64,000 bases of DNA from Pseudomonadota bacterium (GCA_039799905.1 JBDLRP010000036.1:32001-96000); one strand, 5' to 3'; positions 1 through 8,716 are shown, counted from the stretch's first letter. A program made the numbers and translations. Notes: generated by a model from the sequence alone, not told the origin.

Positions 1-70
1 AGCGAGCCAGCCTTTTTGCGTTGTGCTCCTTGGTCGCGTTAGGAGAGTCATTGCGGAGTTTACCTGAAAA

Positions 71-1000
71 ATGAGTCTGAAACGGGCAGGGTTGGTTGTC
101 GTTTTGCTGGCTCCGGTTGTTCCGGTCCACGCAGACATTCTCTCAGAAGATGAGATGGATGCCATTGCTGCCCCTGATACGGATGTTGCCGCATCGCGTT
201 GCGGCCTACAGACTCGAGTCTCCGTTCAATTGACGTCGGGAAAGATTCAATTTCCATACGGGCCTCCGGGATTGAAATCTTACAAAGGTTCATCGCAAGG
301 ATCTGGCCTAGGTTTGGATTTTTCGCAGAAGAGTTGCGATTCAGAGTTGGTTGATTCCTATGACGCTCAACTGTCTCTGGCGAATTATTTTCCGTCCAGT
401 GGCCGGCAGTACGATGTCCAGGCCCTATCATGGCTTGATTTGTCGGCAAGCACTGGTCTGACGTTTTCAGTGGTGCAGAGCAAGGCGGACTCTTTGCTTC
501 CTGCATTCTCCGTCCGTGCCGCGACCGGTGCCGGATATGAGCGATTTCTTTATGCACGAGGAGTTTTTTCATTTCAGGCAGTGCCTGCGGCTTTGTCGGG
601 TATCCTGAGTTGGTCGGGACAATTGTTTGGCGAATCCGCAAATTTCAGTCTGCAGGCGGGCAGCGGACGCCTTGTTTTCAGCAGAATTCTCAGCAAATAC
701 AGCACCGCCCGAACATCATCTTCCGTCAACGCATCCTTGGTGAAGATTAACTCAGATAAAAAATTGTCCGGGGTCGATCACCACATCGAGATGAATTTCG
801 GATTTTCGACGCAACAGTCTGCAGCAGGCAGTTCGGTCGGTAGATGCTATCAGCACGCAGTGACCCTCGGATGGAATTCACGGGAACGCGCGGCGGACGG
901 CTTTATGACCGAGAGTCATCCACTTTTACAAGAAGAAAAAACCTACAATCTTGACCTGAAGCATTCGGTTTGGGTCATTCGATGGTCTGAAAAAATTTAG
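71..1000 (+). CDS. Hypothetical exported protein (signal peptide, possibly beta-strand rich)
   Basis: 309-aa ORF; N-terminus MSLKRAGLVVVLLAPVVPVHA-D looks like a Sec signal peptide (VHA); overlaps the stop of the convergent kinase gene by 4 nt; no family recognised. Confidence 0.6.
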   Translation: MSLKRAGLVVVLLAPVVPVHADILSEDEMDAIAAPDTDVAASRCGLQTRVSVQLTSGKIQFPYGPPGLKSYKGSSQGSGLGLDFSQKSCDSELVDSYDAQLSLANYFPSSGRQYDVQALSWLDLSASTGLTFSVVQSKADSLLPAFSVRAATGAGYERFLYARGVFSFQAVPAALSGILSWSGQLFGESANFSLQAGSGRLVFSRILSKYSTARTSSSVNASLVKINSDKKLSGVDHHIEMNFGFSTQQSAAGSSVGRCYQHAVTLGWNSRERAADGFMTESHPLLQEEKTYNLDLKHSVWVIRWSEKI

Positions 1001-1662
1001 ACTTTCCTGAGGCGTTTATAAATCTCGCAGACGTCAACCTCGGTGCTTGGGTCCGAGAAAATTTGATCTGACAACTTAAGTTTGTCTGCAATGATTGCGC
1101 GCACTCTCTTGATATGAAGGTTGGTTCTTTCCAGTTGATTCTTGCTAGCCCACTGTGCCGCAGCGACAATCAATGACGAAACCTGTTCAGCGGTCAGTTT
1201 TTCTGTGTTGATAGTGATATCAAAATCCGAGTGGTCATGAATATCGAGCCCATACAGCTGCAGGTAACGCTTGCGATTTTGTTCATCGCGTTTCAGAGTC
1301 TTGTAAAGAACGGATTCGTAGGTTGCTTCCTTTTCACTTTCGCGTTTGTTGATTCTGCGTGCCCGCGCTTCCAGCGGAGCGTGCAGCCAGATTCGCAGGT
1401 CGGCATTCATAAGCCATGCCGCAAGGCGTGTTCCAAGAACAATATTTTCTTGCAGCGCGGCTCTGATGCACTTCAGGTCCGTCAGATAGTCATAAATGAA
1501 ATTGTCCGGAGCTTCGCGGTGCAGTTCCTCGAATGGGATTCCAAGTTCTTTTGCGAGATCGCGAAAAGTGTAATTAACGATGTTGAGTCCGAGAGCCCGC
1601 CCGACGTTGGTGGTGGCAGTCGTGTTACCGCATCCGCTGTGACCAGAAATCGCAATCCGCAT
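997..1662 (-). CDS. cmk: Cytidylate kinase, type 2 (archaeal/spirochaete-like)
   Basis: MRIAISGHSGCGNTT P-loop, NYTFRDLA, RLAAWL..ADLRIWL.APLE.RA.RI, RD..N.KRY..LYG.DI motifs; start moved to ATG at 1662, preceded by GGAG. Confidence 0.8.
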   Translation of the reverse strand: MRIAISGHSGCGNTTATTNVGRALGLNIVNYTFRDLAKELGIPFEELHREAPDNFIYDYLTDLKCIRAALQENIVLGTRLAAWLMNADLRIWLHAPLEARARRINKRESEKEATYESVLYKTLKRDEQNRKRYLQLYGLDIHDHSDFDITINTEKLTAEQVSSLIVAAAQWASKNQLERTNLHIKRVRAIIADKLKLSDQIFSDPSTEVDVCEIYKRLRKV

Positions 1663-1706
1663 AGTCGTCGGTCTCCATAAAAACACGTCAATCTTGAACG
1701 TATACG

Positions 1707-4700
1707 TTATCGGCTGCGGCTTTTCCAGTCAGCGTCAAACTCCCGAAGCTTCTTCAAAGCCGACTCGAATTCATCGTCTGAGACGCTGATGACAAAGCGC
1801 AGATGGCAGGGCAACCCCGTCCATGTAGCGTTATTTAGCAACAATCCATTGAAGGTAAAGATGTCGTGAGCAATTTTGTCGGCACATGCCGTTGGATCGA
1901 ATTGGGTTTCAGGTGGCTGTGCCCGACGCAGGTCCTCGATGTACCCGCGCGGGGAGGCGCACACAAAAAGGCCGCCCTCGGAATCTGCAACCTCCCATCC
2001 CAGTGAGGTCAGCAACTCAGAAAGTCGAGCTCCGCGCTGCTGCAACTGAGAGCGCTGCTGATCCAGAAATTCATGGATCGGGTGCTGGTCAGAGCAAAGA
2101 GCTTGATAGATTTTTTTTGCAGCGTATTTGACTGTCGAATGCGGTGCCGAAGAAATTCTTGTTCGGATGGATGATGCAAGTGTCGTATCCGTGCTGACAC
2201 TCCAGCCAAATCGGAGTCCTCCTGCGGCCAGCTCTTTGGACATACCGCCCATCAGAAAGATCGGAACTGACTCTCTTTCATGTTCCGAAATAAACCGGCT
2301 GAGGCGGGTGTAGGTCTGCTTCCGATGGAATTCCAAGCCTGAAAAAATCGAATCAAGAATCAAACCGCATTTGTGTTGGGCAAGAACCTCGAGGATGTCT
2401 GAGATTTCGCCCGAGCTGTAGACAGCACCCGTTGGATTGACAATCGGAGCGTTCAAGTAAAGCCAATGGGCTCCGGTGGCGGAGATTGTGTTGTCGAGTT
2501 CTTGAGCCGATATTTTAAAGCGATCGCGCGCGTGGGTCCTGACCCGCGTATGGTCTACATCGAAAAAATCACATGCCGATGAAAAATAACCGTAAGCACC
2601 CTCAGGCAATAAAATCTTTTGTTGTTTTTCGCTGATGGTTTCGAGCATCGCGGAGAATAATGGTGCAACTCCATTGCCCAAGATCACCGCTGACTCATCG
2701 ACGGATTCGAGGCCGAACCTGTGTGCAACAAATTCCACGATAGATTGTTCAACGTTGAGTTCTTGCGCGGAGACGTTCTGCCTGAGGTAGCTTTCCATGA
2801 TTGCGGCATGAACATAGGGTGGACTCTTGAGGCAGTTCTCTCCGTAGTCGAGACGAGTCGTGTTTGCCCCCAGATTCAACTGATGCGTGCGGATAGCCGG
2901 ATGAGCGAAAGCCTTTTGGATAAATGGAGCCAATGGCCCATGTTTGGAATCGTTGTCAGATTTTGGCAGGCGCAGGTCTTCGGATTTATTCTTGCGCAAA
3001 TCCGTCAATTGAAAATTCAATAGGTCAGAAAAAATTCTTGAATAGTACTTTTGTGTGAGCAGAGGAGTACGGCTGTATGTGAGCTCAGCTGCAGAGCTCA
3101 GCTGCTCTAGTAGGGTTGAGTTTTCAGAAAAAAGAAAACAAAGCTCAAGGTCGCGGTAGACTTTGTTTCTGACAAGTCCGCAGAGGAGTCCGACGTGTTT
3201 GGGCAGAGGATTGTCTGCAAGAAATGAAAGAACTCCGTGCGTCGAAGGTTGGCTCGACAATTCAAATTGCTGCGATAAGTCGATGAGCAGGCGTGTCGAA
3301 CTGCTCTTGGCGACCTCGCAGAGTCTAACAAACGCGTCACTGCTTCTTACTTCGAAGTCCTGAAGACTGACGATGGCCAGTTCAGGTTGCAGCTTTTCAA
3401 TCAGTTTGCAAATCTCGTCGGCCCGTCTGGGGATCTCGAGAACCACCGATTGTGAGAGGAGGTGGTCTTCGCCTCGGCGGCCGAGGATTGCATTGAGCTC
3501 TTTGTCGATGAAGGTCAGCTGAGGACGAAAAAGTTGTAAATGATTTTTGATGAGGCTGCGTCTGTTGGGAGCGATGAAGACACTCTTTGCCGTCATCGGG
3601 ATTCGCCAGTAGCTTCGTAAAAACTGCGCTATCTGTCTACGGAGTTGGGGTTCGCCCTCGGTGTCGGAGTAGGGGAGATTAGGTTTTTGCTGCAACCAGT
3701 CTGCAATGTTGCCAATGAAATTGATTTTTTCCTCGGCGAGCTCTTCATTATCGAAGGATAAATCGAGGCCACTCCGGGATTCCTCGAATTCATTCTGCCC
3801 GATGAGCTTGAATAGAGATTTGATTTGCGACGGCTGTCGGAGTTGAGCCTCATAGACCGAAAGACTATGCGCAATCCTTCCGCCCGCATTTGCATAGGCC
3901 TGCGCCGTCTGTGCACAGATGGGCTCGTCGCTGTTCAAGCTCGTATAAAACTCAAACCGGTGAGGAGTTGCCTTTTCAATATCGACAAGCGGCTGAATGT
4001 CGGTATCGGAGGCTTGCCAGACTTTGGTTGACCATATTTTACGTATTGAGAAGCCCCGCCGGGTGAACAATCGATCAAGCACCGCGGCGCCGGGTCGGCC
4101 TCCCATATTCAGTATTATTTTTGCTGACGGTTTGCAGACTGAAATCGCTTCTTCGACCGCCCTGGCGATCAGCCCCAGTCCGAACTGGTCTTCAATGTAG
4201 CCTTGTTTTTCGCAGTAGTTGCTGAGGCTATATAGAAATTGGTCATCGGCGTCTTCTGTTGCGAACTGGTCTGCGAGCAATGGTTCAGGGCTCAAAACCT
4301 GGGGAATGCAGCCAATCACTCGGTCTAGTTGAATCTTGTGGTCAATGGCGTAACCGAGCAAATCCGAACAGTGAAATTCAACCCGATCGAGGAGAGATTT
4401 TCCTTCACTGTCAATGATGGGCGTCCCGGAATTGTCCAATGCGTTGAGGAGTAGGTTGATGCGGGCGCAGGTGATGGCTCGTGGATTGATATCTAAACCA
4501 TAGAGTTTATAAGGCTGGGCTTGTCTGGCAAGTGCAATTGATATCCAGCCGTTTCCGCAACCAAGCTCGGCTATCGTTCGTCCCTGAAATTCTCCGGCGG
4601 GATAGCGGGCGAGGCCTTCGAAAAAAGTAAAAGACCAGTCTTCAGGCGTAAAGATACTCGGCAACTGAAGCAGGGCTAACTGATTTTCGCTCTGACTGTG

Positions 4701-4928
4701 ACCATCGAGAGTGAGGCAACTGAACGCGAAATGATATTTGCCAATGAATGCGTCGATGTCATCGTCGGATTCGTCACAGATTGCCTTAAGACTCTGCAGA
4801 AATCGCCTGGCGATGCCTGCACCGTCGGGCTGCGCGCACTGCTCAAGCAGTTCTTTGAATAGGTCATACGCAGCCTGACTTGATTCGCTGCATCTTTTGA
4901 GGAAGTCAGCTGGATTGAGGGCTGTCAC
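1707..4928 (-). CDS. Methionine S-methyltransferase, full-length plant-type (SAM methyltransferase plus PLP aminotransferase-like domains)
   Basis: PSIFTPEDWSFTFFEGL, ELGCGNGWISIA (SAM motif I), GLDINPRA, LLDRVEF..SDLL, GCIPQ, LSNYC, EDQFGLGLIARAVEE, NMGGRPG, PHSTVKYAAKK and WTGLP..LRF match plant MMT along the whole length. Start placed at GTG 4928 (AAGGAG upstream) instead of the ORF-caller 5003. Confidence 0.9.
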   Translation of the reverse strand: MTALNPADFLKRCSESSQAAYDLFKELLEQCAQPDGAGIARRFLQSLKAICDESDDDIDAFIGKYHFAFSCLTLDGHSQSENQLALLQLPSIFTPEDWSFTFFEGLARYPAGEFQGRTIAELGCGNGWISIALARQAQPYKLYGLDINPRAITCARINLLLNALDNSGTPIIDSEGKSLLDRVEFHCSDLLGYAIDHKIQLDRVIGCIPQVLSPEPLLADQFATEDADDQFLYSLSNYCEKQGYIEDQFGLGLIARAVEEAISVCKPSAKIILNMGGRPGAAVLDRLFTRRGFSIRKIWSTKVWQASDTDIQPLVDIEKATPHRFEFYTSLNSDEPICAQTAQAYANAGGRIAHSLSVYEAQLRQPSQIKSLFKLIGQNEFEESRSGLDLSFDNEELAEEKINFIGNIADWLQQKPNLPYSDTEGEPQLRRQIAQFLRSYWRIPMTAKSVFIAPNRRSLIKNHLQLFRPQLTFIDKELNAILGRRGEDHLLSQSVVLEIPRRADEICKLIEKLQPELAIVSLQDFEVRSSDAFVRLCEVAKSSSTRLLIDLSQQFELSSQPSTHGVLSFLADNPLPKHVGLLCGLVRNKVYRDLELCFLFSENSTLLEQLSSAAELTYSRTPLLTQKYYSRIFSDLLNFQLTDLRKNKSEDLRLPKSDNDSKHGPLAPFIQKAFAHPAIRTHQLNLGANTTRLDYGENCLKSPPYVHAAIMESYLRQNVSAQELNVEQSIVEFVAHRFGLESVDESAVILGNGVAPLFSAMLETISEKQQKILLPEGAYGYFSSACDFFDVDHTRVRTHARDRFKISAQELDNTISATGAHWLYLNAPIVNPTGAVYSSGEISDILEVLAQHKCGLILDSIFSGLEFHRKQTYTRLSRFISEHERESVPIFLMGGMSKELAAGGLRFGWSVSTDTTLASSIRTRISSAPHSTVKYAAKKIYQALCSDQHPIHEFLDQQRSQLQQRGARLSELLTSLGWEVADSEGGLFVCASPRGYIEDLRRAQPPETQFDPTACADKIAHDIFTFNGLLLNNATWTGLPCHLRFVISVSDDEFESALKKLREFDADWKSRSR

Positions 4929-5055
4929 AGGTCTGTTCTCCTTCGCTTCGAAGATTTTGGACGATATTCGAGCGGCGTTCTTTTGCAAGGTTGCAAAATC
5001 CAAAAAGCATCCGCAGACTATGGCTCTGAAATTTAAATCGAATGCGGGGTCAAAT

Positions 5056-6168
5056 ATGACAGGGTTGTCGTTCCTTCGTTCAATGGCCGGACTTATGGGG
5101 CATTGTTTGGTTAGCCCGAGGCACGGCAGAATTGTTGCTTGCGTCGTACTCGTCGGTTTTGAGCTGAATGTGTTTGCTCAACCCGCACCTTCAGACTCGA
5201 CTGGAGCCATTACCGCAACTGCTCCCGCTACTACATACGCACAAAATCCGAGCGGTTCCGGCGCTGATAGTCCGTTACATGCCGTTCCTCCGTCATCACT
5301 TCTCGATTCGAGATTGCATCCTGCTGTGCTGCCAACAGAAGCAGAGCTTTCGTGCTCGGTGCTCTTCGGCTGCCAAATGGGTTTGACGCGTGGTTTTTCA
5401 TTCGGCGGTGATGCCTACCGGACGCTCGGAATGACACTTCTCGGGCAGCATTTTTACGGTGCTGGGGCTTGGACGTATCTGGACGTCAACGTTGGGTATC
5501 AGTTTCTTCGACTCGCTGACCGGCAATCCACCCTGATGGGTGCCTTTGGTTTTCGCACTTTCAGCTACGAAAACTCAGAGGGAGCGAAATTGTCACGATC
5601 TGGTCCCGCATTCCGAACAGCTTATGCTGAGGCGGTAATGCCTGCTTACACGCAAGGAATGGTGTTCGAGGCTTTCTCGTCGACGGTCCGCACTGCGGGT
5701 GGAGCGGATCAGCCATTCAACAAAAATGACGACAAAAAAGTTCGAACCTTAGTGCGCGAATACGCGCAATTTTTGCGAGCGAATCCATTGCTGAGGCTGC
5801 AAATGCCTGCCGACCTTGAGATAGTAAATTGGTCTCCGTCACAGGTCGATTTACCGGCCCCTATGCGCGGATATCTGCGCATCAACCCAATTTATGAGCA
5901 GGCGGATCTGCTGATTCGCGATGGCGAGGTCACAGCGTATAGCTGGTTTGAGAAGCGTTTTGCTCTGCAATTGATGTTGCTGACGACTTACGCATCGCCA
6001 GAACAGAGATCGGGTCGGCTGGGTCTTCTTGGCGGCCTCGGCTTCGAAATGGCTGCAACTCGCTCAACTTTCGAGTCCAAATCGCCGAGCCCGGCGCTAA
6101 ACCCTGAGATTCCCGAGGCTCCTTTGCTGCGCGGAAAGCTTGAGATTCAGGTTACCTACCAGTTCTAA
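5056..6168 (+). CDS. Hypothetical exported protein, probable outer-membrane beta-barrel
   Basis: Signal-like hydrophobic stretch ending VFA-Q, Pro/Thr/Ser-rich linker, alternating strands, C-terminal ..LEIQVTYQF (terminal Phe). Start uncertain (ATGs at 5056, 5083, 5095). Confidence 0.55.
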   Translation: MTGLSFLRSMAGLMGHCLVSPRHGRIVACVVLVGFELNVFAQPAPSDSTGAITATAPATTYAQNPSGSGADSPLHAVPPSSLLDSRLHPAVLPTEAELSCSVLFGCQMGLTRGFSFGGDAYRTLGMTLLGQHFYGAGAWTYLDVNVGYQFLRLADRQSTLMGAFGFRTFSYENSEGAKLSRSGPAFRTAYAEAVMPAYTQGMVFEAFSSTVRTAGGADQPFNKNDDKKVRTLVREYAQFLRANPLLRLQMPADLEIVNWSPSQVDLPAPMRGYLRINPIYEQADLLIRDGEVTAYSWFEKRFALQLMLLTTYASPEQRSGRLGLLGGLGFEMAATRSTFESKSPSPALNPEIPEAPLLRGKLEIQVTYQF

Positions 6169-6288
6169 CAAGTTCTAACGTTCTTGCTTGCGCTGCCTCC
6201 AGCTTTGTATTAAGCGAAACGACTCACGTCTGGAAACAGCCGATTTCGCGCTGTAACTCTGGATAAGTTGTGAATAGGAAGGTTGCCA

Positions 6289-6711
6289 ATGGCAAAGAAA
6301 ATAGTCGGTCTCATCAAGCTCCAGATTACAGCTGGACAGGCCACAGCGGCTCCGCCAATCGGTCCGGCCCTGGGTCAACGCGGTGTTAACATTGCGATGT
6401 TCGTTAAAGAGTTCAACGCCCGCACTCAAAAGCAGGCAGGAACCATCCTCCCGACGATCATCACTGTGTATTCAGATAAATCATTCACATTCATCACGAA
6501 GACGCCTCCTGCGACAGTACTTCTGAAGCAGGCTGCGAAGATCCAGTCCGGAAGCAAGACTCCCGGCAAGGCTCTTTGCGGTTCCGTGACTGAAAAGCAA
6601 GTTGAGGAAATCGCCAAGACGAAGCTCCCCGACTTGAACTGCTACGATGTGGAAACTGCGAAACGCCTCATCAAGGGTTCGGCGCGTTCCATGGGACTCG
6701 AAGTCAAGTAA
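6289..6711 (+). CDS. rplK: 50S ribosomal protein L11
   Basis: [39 protein letters not shown] 6289 after AGGAAGG. Confidence 0.98.
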   Translation: MAKKIVGLIKLQITAGQATAAPPIGPALGQRGVNIAMFVKEFNARTQKQAGTILPTIITVYSDKSFTFITKTPPATVLLKQAAKIQSGSKTPGKALCGSVTEKQVEEIAKTKLPDLNCYDVETAKRLIKGSARSMGLEVK

Positions 6712-6725
6712 TACAAACATACTAT

Positions 6726-6756
6726 TGAGGGAGGCCGAGAGGCCGTTTGAACCTCA
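6726..6756 (+). promoter_or_regulatory. Putative L1-binding autoregulatory RNA site directly upstream of the rplA SD
   Basis: TGAGG-GA-GGCC-GAGA-GGCC-GTTTGAA-CCTCA: two helices flanking an asymmetric internal loop, the pattern of L1 target sites; abuts AGGAG SD. Confidence 0.65.
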
Positions 6757-6766
6757 GGAGATTTAA

Positions 6767-7459
6767 ATGAAGAAGATCGGTAAAAAACTCGCCGAAGCGC
6801 GCAAGAAAGTGAGCGCTGATAAGCGTTACTCTGTGACTGAAGCTTCTGCTCTTTTGAAAGAGATCAGCTACTCCAAGTTCGATGGAACTGTTGAAGTTGC
6901 AATGAACCTTGGTGTCGACCCTCGTCACGCCGACCAAAACGTCCGCGGTGCCGTTGTCCTTCCGAACGGCCTTGGAAAAAAAGTTCGCGTGTTGGTTTTC
7001 GCTAAGGGCGAGAAAATCAAAGAAGCAGAAGAAGCTGGCGCAGATTACGTTGGTGGTGAAGACATCGCTCAGAAAATCCTCGGCGGATGGCTTGATTTCG
7101 AAGCTGCTGTAGCTACGCCTGATATGATGGGCGTCGTTGGCCGTCTCGGTAAGATTCTCGCTCCACGCGGTTTGATGCCGAACCCCAAGGTCGGAACTGT
7201 GACCATGGATCTTCGCACTGCTGTTAAAGATGCGAAGGCTGGCCGCGTTGAATTTAAGGTGAACAAGGCCGGAATTATTCAGGCTCCTGTTGGCAAAACT
7301 TCTTTTGCAGCTCCTGCAATCGAAGAAAACCTCAAAGCGTTTGTCGAAGCGATTCTCAAGGCGAAGCCTGCGGCCGCTAAGGGAACTTACGTCAAGTCAG
7401 CTTACGTAAGCGCCACGATGAGCCCTAGTGTTCGTCTCGACACAACGGAAATGAAATAA
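6767..7459 (+). CDS. rplA: 50S ribosomal protein L1
   Basis: [40 protein letters not shown]. Confidence 0.98.
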   Translation: MKKIGKKLAEARKKVSADKRYSVTEASALLKEISYSKFDGTVEVAMNLGVDPRHADQNVRGAVVLPNGLGKKVRVLVFAKGEKIKEAEEAGADYVGGEDIAQKILGGWLDFEAAVATPDMMGVVGRLGKILAPRGLMPNPKVGTVTMDLRTAVKDAKAGRVEFKVNKAGIIQAPVGKTSFAAPAIEENLKAFVEAILKAKPAAAKGTYVKSAYVSATMSPSVRLDTTEMK

Positions 7460-7472
7460 TCAATTTGATTGT

Positions 7473-7531
7473 GGGTCGAAGACTGCAGGTTCCCGATGGT
7501 TCGGGGTAAATCCCGCATAGACTAAGACCCC
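7473..7531 (+). promoter_or_regulatory. L10 leader (L10(L12)4 autoregulatory RNA)
   Basis: GTCGAAGACTGCAGG...TAAATCCCGCATAGAC follows the GAAGAC.GCAGG/CC.GC.TAGAC kink-turn pattern; located between rplA and rplJ. Confidence 0.8.
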
Positions 7532-7582
7532 CTTTTGTAGTCAACCGGTGGTGCAAGCCACCTCAATTGAAGGGAGGTTCGA

Positions 7583-8101
7583 TTGGATAGGAATGCCAAA
7601 GTCGCCTGGCGCGACGACGTGGTTAAATACCTAGACAAGTCGTCCGCGCTGTTTCTGGCGCAATATCAGGGCATGACAGTGGAGGAGCTGACGGAACTTC
7701 GTCGCGCTCTCAAGGCTGCCAATGCTGAGTTTCGTGTCGTCAAGAACACGATTGCAAAGAAGGCCATTGAAGGTCGCAAGGAGAGCGTTATTGCCTCCGA
7801 CCTCAAGAACCAGACAGGCATCGTTTTCGTGTTTGGCGATGTAGCTGCCGCTGCCAAGGCATTCACAGAAGCTTCGAAGAAGAACGAGAAGCTGAAGGTT
7901 GTTGCTGGCTACATGGAAGCTGAAAAACTGGGCGTTAAGCAGATTGAGTCTCTGGCATCGCTTCCTTCGCGGGAAGTTCTCATTGCCAAGATCCTTGGTT
8001 CGCTCGTTGCTCCTCACCGCGGCATGCTTGGAGTCGTCCAAGGAGTTCCGCGCGCAATGGTCAGCGTGTTGAATCAGATCAAGGAAACGAAGACTGCTTA
8101 A
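7583..8101 (+). CDS. rplJ: 50S ribosomal protein L10
   Basis: YQGMTVEELTELRR, VVKNT, LASLPSREVLIAK; TTG start after GGGAGG. Confidence 0.97.
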   Translation: MDRNAKVAWRDDVVKYLDKSSALFLAQYQGMTVEELTELRRALKAANAEFRVVKNTIAKKAIEGRKESVIASDLKNQTGIVFVFGDVAAAAKAFTEASKKNEKLKVVAGYMEAEKLGVKQIESLASLPSREVLIAKILGSLVAPHRGMLGVVQGVPRAMVSVLNQIKETKTA

Positions 8102-8157
8102 TCTGGACTGAATACTTTTTTGCTTATTCATAAATCATTTTGTTAGGAGAGATATCA

Positions 8158-8535
8158 ATGTCGACAATCACTAAAGAACAGTTCATCGAGTACATCAAAG
8201 GCCTCACACTCATTCAAGCTGCAGAGCTGGTGAAAGAGCTCGAAGAAATCTTCGGCGTTTCCGCTGCTGCTCCTGTTGCTGTTGCTGCTGTTGCCGGCGC
8301 TGCTGCTCCTGCTGCTGAAGCTCAGACTGAATTCGAAGTCATCCTGAAGGCTGGCGGCGACAAGAAGCTCGACGTCATCAAGGAAGTCCGCGCTCTGACA
8401 GGTCTTGGCCTGAAAGAAGCTAAGGACCTCGTCGAAGGCGCTCCTAAGAGCCTCAAGACCGGCGTTACCAAGGCTGAAGCTGAAGACATCAAGAAGAAGC
8501 TTACAGCTGCTGGCGCAACTGTTGACATCAAGTAA
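8158..8535 (+). CDS. rplL: 50S ribosomal protein L7/L12
   Basis: [16 protein letters not shown] hinge, [27 protein letters not shown] 8158 after AGGAG. Confidence 0.98.
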   Translation: MSTITKEQFIEYIKGLTLIQAAELVKELEEIFGVSAAAPVAVAAVAGAAAPAAEAQTEFEVILKAGGDKKLDVIKEVRALTGLGLKEAKDLVEGAPKSLKTGVTKAEAEDIKKKLTAAGATVDIK

Positions 8536-8576
8536 TGCCCCGTTCCGGACGACTCGTCCGGTCAGGGTATGCCTAT

Positions 8577-8612
8577 TCAAGCCAACCGAATCCCTCGGTT
8601 GGCTTGACTTTT
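8577..8612 (+). terminator. Intrinsic terminator/attenuator between rplL and rpoB
   Basis: 13-bp perfect stem TCAAGCCAACCGA / TCGGTTGGCTTGA with 5-nt loop, followed by CTTTT. Confidence 0.7.
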
Positions 8613-8716
8613 GCTATTAGGAAGATAAGTTTCCGCCTACATGCGCAAAAAGGTCGCCTCCCGTGGGGAGGGTGCTATTTGCGATTATGGATCAGTAACG
8701 TAACGAGGTCCTCTTT

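Noticed and set aside
60..641. 193-aa minus-strand ORF
   Set aside because: Lies antisense within the 309-aa plus-strand ORF, which has a signal peptide; no motif of its own
4897..5055. Apparent head-to-head overlap of the MMT ORF and the 423-aa ORF
   Set aside because: Artefact of longest-ORF starts; with GTG 4928 and ATG at or after 5056 the genes are divergent and do not overlap
6161..6184. Short tandem repeat AGTTCTAAC-A-AGTTCTAAC-GTTCT at a stop codon
   Set aside because: Only about 2.5 copies of a 9-10 nt unit with no spacers; not CRISPR-like and no nearby integrase or transposase
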